The notes below the pieces were generated by a model. The model did no database searches, was not told the origin of the DNA, and saw nothing but the letters and a program-made list of their open reading frames with translations. A stretch of DNA of 64,000 nt from Bugula neritina (lineage: Eukaryota > Animalia > Bryozoa). Below, piece after piece: positions 26,135 to 39,958 of the stretch. The position numbers and the translations under genes are program-made. Numbering within the stretch: position 1 is the stretch's first letter; each line of letters opens with the position of its first letter. The stretch is taken from contig OZ037765.1 in the NCBI GenBank assembly GCA_964035545.1, positions 27,093,504 to 27,157,503 on the forward strand. Direction: 5' to 3'.

Positions 26135-28181
26135 ATGGACAGCATAGGCAGACCACCTCAACAGTATAATCCAAATGTGCATGGACCCTATAACCCTGGG
26201 ACATATTATGGAAAAGGTATTATAATAATAATTAAATTCAATAATCATTATGATTATCAATATGAATATGAATATGAATATTTATATTAATATTAATATA
26301 AATTAAAATTTGAAAATGGAAATGAATGTTAAATGTGATTAAATAAAAATTTATTATTTAATTTTATAATTATTTATCATAATTATGGTTATGACATTAA
26401 ACTTAAAGCACTTTGAAAGTGACACTGACTGATAGTGATACCATAGGCATAACCAGGGTTGGGGTAATTGCAATTTGTAATTCACTAATAGTAATAGTAA
26501 TACTAATAAGTAATTGGTTGTAATTAATTGCATTTTTCAAGTAATTGAATGTAATTTGTAATTGATGTATAAAATTGTAATATAGTTGCATATCTTATGT
26601 AATTGATTTTTACAATTACTTTATAATTATATGTCAGTTACTTCAAACTTTAAAATCTTGAAAATTTCATACTTTTCCAACTATGCCTACTGATAAACAA
26701 CAAGTTAAGATTAAGTCAAGGTAGTATAGTATCATTGTTGACAATAAAGAAGGTTCTCTATTGTCAAAATTGCCTGGGTAGTACTAGTTGGATCTTAGAG
26801 GAGAGATTGTATAATTTCTATGCATCCCTTGTGCGAACAAAAGTAATTGTAATTAATTATATTAGCATGTAATTGTAATTAATTGCATTACTTTTCAACT
26901 GTAATTGTAATTGACAGATGTTCATGTAAATGTAATTAATTACATTCACATGTAATTGACCCCAACCCTGACTGATACTCATACTTAGACTGATTCTTTG
27001 TTATATATATATGTTTATAATAATTATTATGTTTATAATTATAAAATAAATATTTAAAACTAAAAGGGTGCCCCTGCAGGCCATTTCATTTTCAACTTAA
27101 TGTTAATAAGTATAACAATACATTGTTATTTTTATACTTATTCACTTATTGACTTATAGATATTGTTATACTGATCTCGTAACACTAACAGTAACTCATA
27201 AGTCTAAGACTCAGTTATAGACATCACAACCCTAGTGATGCTCCTAATCCAGTTCATAGTTATAGTCACTAGGACTGAAACTTTCATAATGAAGAGATAG
27301 TGATACTCACAGTCATGAATTAAAAATAGTGAACTAAAAGTAAAAGTTTATTATGATTATCAATATGATTATATTTATAATCAAGTTTAACTTTTACTTT
27401 GAACAAGTTGATATTGACTGTTGATATTAAATGTGACTTTCCAATTGAGTGGTCACATCTGCAAGTCCTTGAATTCACGCAGTTAACGTTCATGACTTAT
27501 AACCAATTGATTACCATTATGCATATGTCAATATATTAACATAGATATCAATATTTTTTAGCCGACACTCACTGGAAAAATGTTAAACTGGCTGAGCTGC
27601 CTGCATGGTTGAATAGAAGAAGCAAACATCCTGTGCACATCGCTCAAGCTGTAGGAAGAGGTTAGAAATGTTTATTCTTAGGTGCAGATATATGTATATT
27701 TATTGCTTGACTTAATTTGTTGGAATCGATTGCTTTATGTTAATCAAACAACTTTTTATAGTGTCAAGCTCCTTAAGAACTAAGTAAGGTAAATTTCAGT
27801 AGTATGACCCATCACATTACTTTTTGTTATTTCAGCTGCCTGGAGATGGAACAATAAGTGGCTTGATGTAAAAAGGCCAACTGCTGCCCCACTGGTTCAT
27901 ATAATTGTTTTCTCATCAGCATTTTTCTATTTCCTCCAGTATAAATCACACAGTGAGTACAAACTTAGCTTTCTTTTTTGGAATGTAAGCACTTGATTTC
28001 AAAGCACAATGTAATTTCAGGGCAATATGTTGTGGCACTGTATAAAATGCTGAAAGTATTGTTCAGTAAATTTTCATGCTTATAAAAGTGTGCAACTGCA
28101 ATGTAGCTACAACAATGGGATTATGCTAAGTTCATCTTAATATTTGTTTTAGCTGATGAAAGAATCGCCAAGTACCATTAA
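26135..28181 (+). CDS. ATP5MF: Mitochondrial ATP synthase subunit f, 108 aa. Exons 26135-26216, 27562-27660, 27836-27952, 28153-28181
   Basis: MDSIGRPPQQYNPNVHGPYNPGTYYGKADTHWKNVKLAELPAWLNRRSKHPVHIAQAVGRAAWRWNNKWLDVKRPTAAPLVHIIVFSSAFFYFLQYKSHTDERIAKYH*. Shows the invertebrate subunit-f YNP.VHGPY.P..YGK, VKL.EL..WL.RR, WRW and KYH motifs. All three introns are phase 1, GT-AG. AATAAA at ~28347. Confidence 0.93.
26225..27440. repeat. Degenerate periodic tract in the ATP5MF 5' intron, interrupted by the MITE
   Basis: For example aatatgaatatgaatatgaat and taacactaacagtaactcataagtctaagactcagttatagac. Confidence 0.6.
26454..26970. mobile_element. Non-autonomous DNA transposon/MITE (~517 bp), CAGGG termini, hAT-like
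   Basis: Left end CAGGGTTGGGGTAATTG; right end reverse-complements to CAGGGTTGGGGTCAATTAC. Many subterminal GTAATT/AATTAC repeats. No convincing target-site duplication. Confidence 0.7.
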
Positions 28182-28725
28182 GTGCAACACTCTCCAAAAT
28201 TGGAATACACATGTATCACACCACAGATGTGTTGGGCTGGAGAAAAGAATAAAAAACATTGTGTTTCACATTTCAAGTAATTTGATAAATGTTTACAAGT
28301 TGTGGCGCTTTGACTTTCAATTTTTGGTCTTGTGTTAGTTATCAATAATAAACCTCATCATTTTAATATTATAACTTGTAGTTTAGGGCTTCTGGTCGTG
28401 CGGTATGAAGATCAGATTATTGACATTTTAAAGGTACATTAGCATACTCAAATTCTTAGCACTAAAATAATACATTGATTTAATGCTGGTACTACAGTAT
28501 TTGAATACATTGCTGCTACAAAGATATATAATATCTGGAAATACATAGCAAAAGAGTAATGCAATACTGAAAATCATGAGTTGAAACTCAAGAAAAAAAT
28601 TACATACAAGATACAGATTACTATGATTTGTATAAAAACTAGTTGACCTATTACAAAGGTAAGTATTGCTGACTAATTGGATTGAGGTGAAAAAATTGAA
28701 GTCTGGAAATGTCTTATCAGTAGGC

Positions 28726-31700
28726 TCACATAATCACACAGCCTTTAGCTTCTTCTTTGTTCTTCTGCAACATAACACAAGGTAGCTAGAGGTAGGTGGT
28801 CAAGTCGTAATGTTGATATAATTACCAAAATATAAATTTTGTTTAGAAATTCGATCAACAAATAAGTGTTGAAGTCTTTCAATACGCATGCTTTTAAAAG
28901 TTGGACTAACAGCATTGAAATATGAACCAATATCCTGGGTGATAACTCCTAACCTTAACAAAAACTTGAGCATTTAAAAGCTCAAGACAAGATATCAAAT
29001 ACATTAATAGCACCTATAGAAACAAAATATAAAACTGCAATTATTCTAACTAGATTCACACTGTGAAAATTGAGTGGGTTTACTATTGACAGAAATAACA
29101 TAAATTCACCTCTTCAGCCGGATTACGTCTCACTGCTTTGCGAAATTCCCTAGGTGCACGTCTCATTTCGAAACTTGCCTGCTCCTGTGGGAGTAGGAAA
29201 CAGCTAGACTATTAGGAATATGATTAGTGGAGAAGATCGAAATGATATGTGAAGATATTGAGGAATCACAAAAAATAAAAGCTTAAAAATAACCTCTGCC
29301 TACATACTAGTAAACTTTAATGCAAGAAATTGAAAAGACAGTATATTTTAGATAGCCAAAGTACAGTCAATATCTAACTAACATAAAACCTAGATGCATC
29401 TACACCTAGTCACTTTTTCATAAAACTTTGAGGAACAAAAGTAGGGTTTCTTTGAAACCCTATTTTTAAATACAGAAATGGCTGGCTTATTAGAATAACA
29501 TCAATTGCAAGAACAAACTCTAGTGAACACAATACATACATTGCCTTCTTTATCTGTCAAGGAAGTCAACATGATGTCACCAATGGCCCACTGCTGTCCT
29601 TTCATCACCATGTTATGCGTTGCTGGATCATGAGTGGCGCCACTGTTGGAACTCCACACCTACAGATCAGAAAATGCCGAATTACTAGAATCACATCAAC
29701 AAAATTTACGTTAGTGAACTATCATACATAAATTCATGTAGTAGGTGTGAGGTTGCATTCACTCACCGTTACTACATCACCACCACCAAGCTTCACGGTT
29801 CTATGGAACTTGTACTCCGTCTCTGCATCACCGGATTTATGTGTTATCTTCCAGCCAGACAGTGAAACCTCCTGAAGTAAAGAACATAAAATGTGATCCA
29901 TCGGCATTCATAAGAAATAGCCAAGTAAAAAACTCACAAGTTTATAGTCACTATCTCTGATGGAAAGGGTGTTTTATATCGGGCTAAGAACTTATTCATA
30001 TGTGGCAAAGGAGCAATTATAACTGGATGCTTTTCCCAACATCACCAATGGCATTTACTGAGGTTCAAACCCATGGCCACAGGTTTACTAAGCCAGCACT
30101 TTAACCACTAGACTGCGGCTGCTCCCCAAGAAAGGCCAGCAGAATCTAAATACAGTGTTACAAATATCATACCTCATCGGCTATGTTTCTAATCTTTATG
30201 TATTTCCCTTCTTCGCTAACTTCAGAAATTTCTGTACTGTTGGCAATACTGCCAGAAGAAATATAGGGAACAGGGTCTTCAGCAGCCTTTTCTGTCGCAC
30301 CATCAACACGCCGTCTTTTACGTGGAGTGGGTTTGGATTGCGTAAAAGATTGTGACTTGTTCAAACTGCAAATGTTAATTTAATCTGTAATGCTCAAGTC
30401 ATATAAAAAAACAGCTACATTTACTCTCTCAGCTACAGATGCCGAGTACAACACAGTACATAACACAAAATACTTCTTGAAAATACATAGAATAAATGTC
30501 TATAACTTAAGACCAATGAAGTTACAAGATATGTGACTAGGCTAAATAAAAGCTTGATGTTAATATTCATAAAATGGCTGCATGTTTACCGTTCTTCCTC
30601 TCCTTCAATGAGCTTCCTATAAGCAGCGATTTCCAAATCCAAGCTGGTCTTGACATCAAGCAAATCCTGATATTCTTTCATTTGCTCTTCCATCTGGTTT
30701 CGAAGGAACTTAATCTCTCGTTCCTTAGCCTCAATTGTAGCCTGAGCTCTGTCCCTTTCAAGGGCAAGGTCAGCCTCCACGGTAACCAGCTTAGATTCTA
30801 GACCGGCATTCTATCAAACGAGTTACACTGTGTATGAAGCCGAGAAGTTTACAGTTATCAGGTATTGGACTATATAAATATATAACTTGTGGCTGTGGAT
30901 TATATAAATATATAATTTTGACACATAAATTTGAGGTGGTGAGAAAATTTGCTCTCTTTACAGTCAATATACATTCCACCGTAAATCCAAGAAGGGAGGC
31001 ACATCAGTAGTCACATACTTTGGTCGAGCTACTTATCAGCATCTTGTCGGTTTTAGGTAACTTGTTACTTACACAAAATAATATATATGCAGAAATGTTG
31101 TTGAATCTAATGAGATGTTAGAAAGAACCCGGGCCAAGGTTTACACACTCATTTTCATTAATTTTCAGTCGAATTCTCAGTGCAATGCAAATAAATTACA
31201 TGCAATTTCGAAGTTTTCTGAGGATCCACAACCTCAAGGAAAAAGCTCAAGTGTTTCTACATTCACCTGAACAACTTACAATCTATACTCCATCCAGTCA
31301 CAACTGAAATTATAAACATCTGTAATCTATGCTTTAATAGTGTCAATTTAGGATTTGATAACACATATTGCCACAATCAAATTTGCACAATAGATACTTG
31401 AGCACCACAGAGAAGAGGTAAAGAGTTGATGCTTAATAATTGGTAACTTGAGAGAATACAGCAACAATTACTGAAATTATCCACAGCTTCCAGGGTTAGT
31501 GAAGGTACAAGACTAAAAGTATACAATAATTAAAGACATATACCTGACCAATCAGCTTCTTAATTTGCCCCTGAAGTTCAGCGATTCTACTTTTGTAAGT
31601 AGAAATCTCCGACTTGTTTGCTTCATCGAGTCCGTCCTGGCTGGCTAATTCTTTCTGTAGTCCTTGTATCTGCAGCAATATGGTAACTGGGTAACCACAG

Positions 31701-34700
31701 AGAGATCCAACAACCAAGAGAGTACTAGTATACAGAAGTTTTAACTAATAGAGATATTTCATAGAAGAATAAACAAGATATATAGCCACATGGAGTATTT
31801 CAACACAACTTTTTCCAGTAAAAGGTTAACAATTCCAGCACACGAATAAGAAATGGTGAAAGAGCTACATAAAAAAATGTATCCTGTCTACTAGCTGGTT
31901 TAAGTAAGTTTTTGAGCAGAGTAATTAGAAATAAACAAGTGAGTATAAAAAACATTATAAGACAGTCAATAATATAGTACTGAGTATACCTTAGATTCAT
32001 ATATATTCTCTAAATCTTCTCTATACGACTGAGTTTGCTCTTCCTGCTGCTTACGGAGATCGGACAGGACACTCTGCAATTTATTCTCCACTTCCTTCTC
32101 GGCTCGGCTATCCACCTCATCCAATGTTATCTCCAATCGTGTTCGTGTTTCTGCCAGCTCCGCTTGGTGCAGCTGTGTTTGGAATGCCAACTCCTCCTAC
32201 GCATTAAAGAAAAGATGTAGTAAATAACCAAGACCAATATCACCAGCAGTAACTAATCACGCTTCATGGAAACGTGCAATACAGTGCTAGAATATCTACT
32301 AAATACAAAAATTTTGAAGAAATTTTCAAACTTTATATTTACTTGATCAAAAGTCAGTCCAGTGAAATTAATAACATAAATGGTTTATGCTGTTGTCATT
32401 AAAAGACTGACAATATAACCAGCGGTCATAGTCTGGAGAAAATGGTGGGGGTATGGTATACCCCCTAACTTTAACATATTGCACAGTACATTCACAGCAC
32501 TCCAAGTAAGAAATGAGATTCACACCTTCAAGCTCTGAATTCGATTCTCCATATCAACTTTGGCAAGTGTTTCATCCTCGACCTGCTTCCGGGCAGTAGC
32601 CAGCTGCCTGTCAATATCCTCAGCATCAGACTTGGCCCTCTGAAAGTAGAGACACCCTGTACTATGTGTAACACACGTTCTCACCTGCCCATCCTATCCC
32701 ATTGAAGTGGCCGTATTCATGCAATTCAAGCTCTCAGACTAGTAAAATAACCAAAGTTAGAGTTACAAAAAAGATGAATTGCAGGTCTAGAATGTGAACG
32801 TAAAGCTGTGCGGCAGATGCTGAAGCTCCATGTGCAGTTATTAGCAAATAACACTTCTAAAAAGAAGTAAAAAACATGTTTGCCAAAATAACTTAAAAAT
32901 GTCAATTCTGAGAATGTGCTCATTGCAAATTTATATGCTTCAATAGATTTCTCCATAAAACCTATTTATTACTTCTGATACACCATATAAATGATTAGTG
33001 GCAAAAATAAGGAGAAAGGCACTCGAATGTTCTAGAAGTATGAGTACAATTATGTAATATATTAGCTGCATGGTTAAGACAAACCAAATTATTGAGAACT
33101 AATAACAAAAAACTGGTCAAGTGAATAAATATGCAAGTATTTCATCTTTCATTTACACAATTTACCGGTTTCTGTAGCTGAACCTTGTTATAACTACAAA
33201 TTCACCAAAACTGAATGTAATGATGGAGTAAATACGCAAGTAAACTATTGTAAGTTACTCACAATTACCCGAGATCTCTTGAGGTACATAGTAGAACACT
33301 AGACACTCAATTAAACAGACTTATAACAGGCTGCACCCTAGAGTGAGCATGATGTTCAAGTGAATGCAAAATTATATTAAAAGCTAATATTAAAATAAAC
33401 ATAAAGGTTTATTGTTCTTTTTTGTCTTATGGAAAACAATAAAATCATTGAGATGGAATGCAAGGAGTGTTGCCATTTTTATTGCCGGTGCAGACACAAC
33501 TAAAACAAGAGTTTATAATGGCTTTCATCGACCTAAAATGATTATAATAGTTTTGCTAATGAATGAAAAACCTTTCAATCTGTTTTTATTGATTTAGGAA
33601 TCAATGGACTGAATTAGGGGTATAATTTACACAGTATTCATTACAATGTTAAACTATTTACAATATTTTATCATTGCTTTTAGCAAATTTATTGTATTTA
33701 TTTAATTTCAACAATGGCCTTTTGAAAATTGATACGCCAAGTGCATAAGCCAAATTACCGTATACTTCTCCTGAGCTTTGTCAACATCTCTCAGAGCTGC
33801 TGCTAGCTTTGCTTCAGTGTCAGCAATTCTAGCTTCAGCTCCTGCAAACTTCTTTTGCAGAGCAGAAAGTTCTCGGTCTTTCTGAGTATACCTAGCAATA
33901 AAAAAATGTGTTGCTCACTTGACACTGAAACGCGTCCTTGCTAAGTACTGCTGATAATGACAATTCTTTTACGAAAATCAACTTTCTAAATTAAATTTAT
34001 TTCAGGCAGATAGAAAACGTGTAGTTCCCCTTTCATGCCATGCTTACTTCAGTTATAAAATATAAGCGACCAACAAGATTAGTAAATAAGTAACCAGCGC
34101 ATTACTTTTTTATATGACAAACTTTTGATATAACAGCTTGTATAAAATGTGATGCTATTTTAAGATCATGTTGTGGTGGCATTACATACATTACAATTCA
34201 TGGTAAAATTTATTTCACCATAGATTGTAAGATCATTTTACAAGTTATAAGAACACATGCTAACACAGTATAAGATGCTTTAGCTTGTTCTGCAGAAAGT
34301 AAAGTATAAAAAATAAATATTTTAGGGCGAGCTTTGATGGTTGTCAAATACTTGACAGAAAAAATTCTTTTATTGTCAAAGAAACACTTGTAAACCATTG
34401 AACTCAAGACTCTTGTTTGAAGATATGCAAAAAATTGCAATGTTGGAGTAATGTGCTTCCAAAGCCAACAGGATAAAAGCAGATTACTCCAAATTTTTAA
34501 TGCCAACAATATTTTGCGCTCATAATTTTGAATGGTATTCCCCATACCAAGTATACAATGCATTTTCCCATCAGATAGTACCGACTTAAATTAGCACTCC
34601 ATGTTTTCCCCCGCATTTTTAGTTAGAATTTAGTAGATTGATCCACTGAATCAGTGGCTTAGTCCCACTTTAAACTGTAGGTGTTTTGTCGTAGCATAGT

Positions 34701-36842
34701 ATAATACTGATTCGTTAAATTTGGCCATTTTGTCCCTATACATACATGTCACAAAATAGGGGTCTAAGCCTTTATTGTGCTCCATGGGAGTTCCTGAAAA
34801 ATGGAACAGTGAAATATGGGGGAGCACTGTATTACAAAGTTGCCAAAAGGATCAAACAGACAAATGTCAATTGTTTGTGCACTGTACAGGATACTAACTG
34901 TCTTGAGTGCATCAGTTATTATTTTGCTAAGTTGGGGTCAGCTTCTAAAACTAGATGAGTGATTTCAAAGTGTCCTGGTGAGCTAGTAACCAAATTTAAC
35001 ATTCCAAAAGTCAACCAATGATGACTGAAGTATAAGAAAAATAGTATTTTACTTTCACCAAGTCTAGCACTTTAACTCGCGCCTAGACATTTTTGTCAAC
35101 TACATGAAGAAAAAAGTTGCCCTAGCTCATAGGTAAACAAACAGAATGGGCTAGTTCAGTACTAAAATTATCTAAGTTAAATAGATATTTCAATGGCCTA
35201 TTTGGATATAAAAATCAATTTCAAGGAAGTAGTCCCAAGGTAGAAAAAACAGAAGCCCGTGGTCCAACTATTTTCTTGCTTGACACAACAAAACAGATAG
35301 TAACTATTGTTTTTTACCTGAAAACAAACAACCTGCTGGTAACATATCTACTATTCTTCGATTTTCCTACAAACTGAGCATGAAGCTCTAATAATGTTTT
35401 TTTACAATAAGGTTTTTAAAGATTACTTGCTCATTTAAAATATTATATATTACCCATAACCCTATTATATTGATTACCAAGTTACTCACTGCTGTGAGTT
35501 AAAAAGTCATATATGCAAGTGATTTTAAAATAATAATAATAAATAATCATTTTTTTCTTATTTTTGTCGATAGAATCAACTGCTGGGTGATCTACGATGG
35601 CAGCCACTCTCAATTAACAACTAAACTAGAGCTTTTAGCAAGTTCAAGTAGTACTACTAGTAGTAGTAGTAGTAGTGGTGGTAATACCAGTGTTGAATCA
35701 TAACACTCTATCAACTACTTACTATTCAGTATTTAGTAGTAAATGCAAATGTTGAACTTTAAATACCAAATATAAAATTAGATTAACATATTAATATGAT
35801 ACTAAATATAGAAATAAAACTATTTGATTTAAATCCATTAGTATTACTATTAATATAAATATAACTTCTACAAGTATAAGCAAATAAGCATAGTCTAAGT
35901 CAAAATGACCAATGTGAATAATATTAATTAGCAATAAGTAATCACTACTAATGAGTAATGACTAATCACTATCAGCCCATAGCTACAAGTGTAAGTGTAA
36001 CACTAACTCTAAGTGCAACCAGTGTAATGAGTGCATAAAACAAACTCTAAGTCTTATTCAGTTATACTTATTGTCTATGGAAAACAGAAAATACTTATAC
36101 TAAGTCTAACTTTGAACTAACGTCTAAGAGCTACTAATTCTAAAGTAGCTACAATAACTGGTATAAGTATAAGTTAAAGTTTAACAAACTGAAACACCAT
36201 CATAATGATAATGAGAATCTAATGATTATGATGATCATAATCATAATAATGATTGTAATCATAATCTAAATCATAATGATAATGATATCAATAATCATTA
36301 TCATTACATTTACTGTTAGTATCTAAAATCAATACATGAATTGGCATATTGCAAATCGTTTGATGACGTTTTTCGACAGGTACCCTACTGTTACATCTTG
36401 ATTTACTGTTAGTGTTACTCCTAATAGTAATACAATTGTTTTAATTGAATACATACTTTCTAATCCATTCTTCGCCTTCAGATTTGCATGTGCCAGCAAA
36501 TACTGTGAGCTGAGCATTTTCCTTAGACAAGTCATCAATTAGTTTTCTAGCTGCCGCCAACTCTCGTTCGTACAACTCCTTGATGCTGGACACCTCTCGC
36601 TGAGTTGTTTCTTCAAATGTCTGCACTTGAAGGTGCAACTTTTGGTTTTCAGTTTCTAATGATCTTATGTGATCAATATATGCGGCTAGCCGGTCGTTTA
36701 AACTAGTGAGTTGATCTTTCTTTTCCTGCAGCCTGCTAACACGCGGAGAAGTAACACGAACCTCAACCTTACTTCCAACAGAAGGACTAGAAATGGGCGG
36801 ATCTTTCAGCTTTTCACCGGGTTTTTGTTGCAAAGTAGCCAT
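28726..36842 (-). CDS. Nuclear lamin (B-type, CaaX). Exons 36457-36842, 33759-33891, 32526-32639, 31990-32196, 31544-31669, 30590-30810, 30173-30365, 29767-29871, 29540-29659, 29110-29184, 28726-28764
   Basis: CDK site [20 protein letters not shown], rod end [27 protein letters not shown], Ig-fold tail (YKFHR, VWSS, WAIGD), C-terminus [12 protein letters not shown]. Phases are consistent. Confidence 0.96.
35640..36430. repeat. Degenerate periodic tract at the start of lamin intron 1
   Basis: For example acaagtgtaagtgtaacactaactctaagtgc and atcataatgataatgagaatctaatgattatgatgatcataatcataat. Confidence 0.65.
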
Positions 36843-38703
36843 ACTGCTTTCAGAATTCCTACTTTTATCGGTCTTAAATTGATGGCCGAAAACTAAGCAA
36901 ATTATATAATTATATGTAACTTTGTACTCTTCAAATGAATGAGAAATTACAAATAATCATGGCTGACTTTTCTAAACCTTGCACTTGCAGCACAAAAAGT
37001 AAAACGGGGCTCGCTTTGGAGGTTTTTGTTTTATAGGAGATAACTCCTAAACAAAGAGTTGATTTTTGTTAGCAGCAAAATAAAATTACATGAAAAACAT
37101 TAAAAAGTAATATTTTCATAACTTTTGTTTTTCTTCTATGAAAATTAAACCTCGTCAATAATATGACAATATTATGTTTTAGCAATGATCAATAATCATT
37201 ACAAAACTAGAGTTATCCTTGTATGGGGGAAACAACTCTACCAAAATATAAGTGATGGTTATCCAAATGAAATCGAAAACAGATGTATTCCTTTCACTAG
37301 TTGACCAACCTAAAAGTTAAAATTGCGTAGAAAGAGTAACTCCTCACAAAGATTCTTTTTTGTTTATACTATGTGTGAAGTTGAAATTAACCAAAATAGC
37401 CGTGGAGAAAAGACTATGAAAACTGATTCTATAAATTTTTCTTCAAATTGTTGCTTATTTAAACACAACCCAATATAGTATTGTTTCTTTTTTCACACAT
37501 TGCAGTACTCAAGTACTATAGCTGTTGAATTACAATTTTCTAAAGTGAATTTTTACTTTTACACAAATAATTTAATAGATTCAAGACTGATTAGTCATTA
37601 GACTAAAGGAACGCGATGAAAAGTCCATTTTGTAGTATGTGGGTAATTTTAGACTGCTTTTTATTAAGCAAACAGCCAGAGTATCTTGACGTTTGAAGCA
37701 AACAAATGCAAGGTTACAAAATATGCTATATTCCATAACTGCTTCAATCACTCATGGCTGGGAAATGCAAGAGAAGGTAAACTCTATATTCTTCCCTTGA
37801 CTCCGAGTTAGTGCATTAATACTTTAAAGGAGAGCAATGATTTATGGGGGCCATCATACCCTGTACCATTAACTCACAGAAATGATTTGTAGACAAGCCA
37901 TTTCCTGTAAATTTTATCCGTCTAGACATATTTCAGACTCTTATCGCATTAAAATATTTCATACTTACCATGCTCTGGAGATAATCCTGGATTACCATCA
38001 GCAAAAGTTAACTTATCAATCTTAGGTATTTTTATAAGTGTATATTGATTAAACTTTATCCTTTCAGTGTTGCTGTGCAAATAACATGTGGCTGCTTTTG
38101 TGCTCAGGTTAAAAGCAATTACTTGTTAGGCAACCATAATATTTCATAGGAAACTACAAATCTTTTTTTATTAATTTATATACTTATATTACACCTAAAT
38201 AATTGTCTTTGAAGAAATATGGATTGATAACATGAAGTGCTACAAACATATCAAAAAATAATCCAAGTTTACACTCTAGATGCTATGTTATAGCAAATTA
38301 TGAAATTTGAAAAGGGAGCTCACAAAGTGAGTCATATAAAACATGTAGTATTTATAAAAACTAATGTTGATGGAACATTTGATGTAGTAGTAATCTACCA
38401 TATCAACTCAGCAATAGTAATTTCATTAGTACACTATATGTAAAAGTAATTCAATAATTGTCTTTCATTAAATCTAAAATTAGAATATATGACTTGTATC
38501 ACCTACAAAATATGCTTTTACAAAGCAAATGCAAAAATATACCAATTTATCAAAGGGAATTCATGTAAGGATGAAAATCTAATCTGAAGTTATCACAAAT
38601 ATCTTGCAGATCTTTATATGCTCAAAGCATTAACTGTAATACAATAACACAATCCTATATTTTTGCAACCTTATTAGTTTATACTATATCCACCGTATGC
38701 AAC

Positions 38704-39958
38704 TCAAAATTGAGATGAAGTAGCAGTCGGGTGGTTGCCGTTTGCCTTAGGCATTCTTGCTGTACTACTTTGTAGCTTGTTCTTGTACGTTAAAGAAATA
38801 CATCTATCGTGAACTTTGAGTTTGTGACATTTCATTTTATAGTAGAGTAGAGTCTTTTCTGGGCTCACTGATGACCAGCCTTGATCAAAGACGAAAAAGG
38901 GATGTTCCAGCGTGGCTTCAACAGTAGCTTCCACCTAAAGCAACCGGAGTACAACACATCCATTAATCAGCTTATTACTAACCTTGCATACCTCATTTAA
39001 ACTTAAAAACTCATTTAAGAGATTAATAATTTGAAAATATCATTGAACTAAGCAATAAGCAGTCTGAAAAAATCATTGAACTAAGCAATAAGTAGTTAAC
39101 ACTCTAGTAGCTTTAAAATAGTGTAAAACAAAGTTGGTAGGCACTATATTCATAATTTTCATCTCAAAGACAATAACTTACTGGATTATGCTTTAGATTT
39201 CCAACGCTAAAGGTCAAGAAGGCCGTTCCTCTGGCAGGATCTTCCGCAATCTTAACTACTGTGCTACAGTCCAGACTAAGATTTGAGCTAAGGTCGGCAC
39301 TAATCTCAAAATCACTTGTCTGCAAGTCTTCTATTCGTTTTAATTTATTTTCAGACAACTGAATAACGGAGCCAACATGGAAATACTCAGGTCTATGTGG
39401 AATAGCAGAAGTGGAGCTTTTAACTGTGGCTGTAGTATCTTCAGAAGTGGCAGCTGGTTTCATTCGTTTAGACGGAATATCTGCCTCCACGGGCGATTTA
39501 AAATCACGTGTCTGACTTCTAGATTGTTGTACAGTTGACGTTTGATGTGAGCTGCTATCCCCAGAAGTTGAGGGGATGACTGGAACCAACAATCTAGAAG
39601 TGTTTGTGGGCAACGAGACACTGAGAGTCTGGTTAGAGGTGCTGTGTTGCTGCAGAGATGGTGGCACCATAATCCCTATTGTGGAGGACGGCCCATTATA
39701 AAAATGTTGCAATGGATTAGAAAAGTTCATAGGAACAGGCGGGAAAGGTTGTCTTGGATGTGCAACAGAAGCTAAATCAAAATGGCTGGCTGTAGAGCTA
39801 GGGTTGACTTGGCGTGCATTTGGAAAACTAACCCAAGAGCTACTACTTCGAGCATTTGTGCCACCAGCAGAAATTCCATTCTGAGTAGTAGTTACAATTG
39901 AAGTTGTCAAAGCTGTGGTTGAAGGTGCCAAGGAATAAGATCTCTCCTGCCCATTCAT
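38704..39958 (-). CDS. ATXN1: Ataxin-1-like AXH-domain protein, ~335 aa. Exons 39182-39958 and 38704-38934
   Basis: PEYFHVGSVIQLSENKLKRIEDLQTSDF...|VEATVEATLEHPFFVFDQGWSSVSPEKT..Y...CHKLKVHDRCISL is the AXH domain. Phase-0 GT-AG intron. Confidence 0.9.
39032..39093. repeat. Short direct duplication (atcattgaactaagcaataag x2) in the ataxin-1 intron
   Basis: Read directly from the sequence. Confidence 0.8.

Noticed and set aside
24636-26591. Ile/Thr/Asn-rich ORFs (24636-24866, 25191-25403, 25194-25382, 26036-26260, 26403-26591)
   Set aside because: By-products of the periodic tracts and the MITE, or antisense to an ATP5MF exon; no protein-like features.
28156-28338. 60-aa plus-strand ORF
   Set aside because: Out-of-frame overlap with the last ATP5MF exon and its 3' UTR.
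28745-28930. ORF ending EEQRRS, suggesting a lamin without CaaX
   Set aside because: The preceding exon ends in phase 0, so the last exon reads [12 protein letters not shown] in a different frame.
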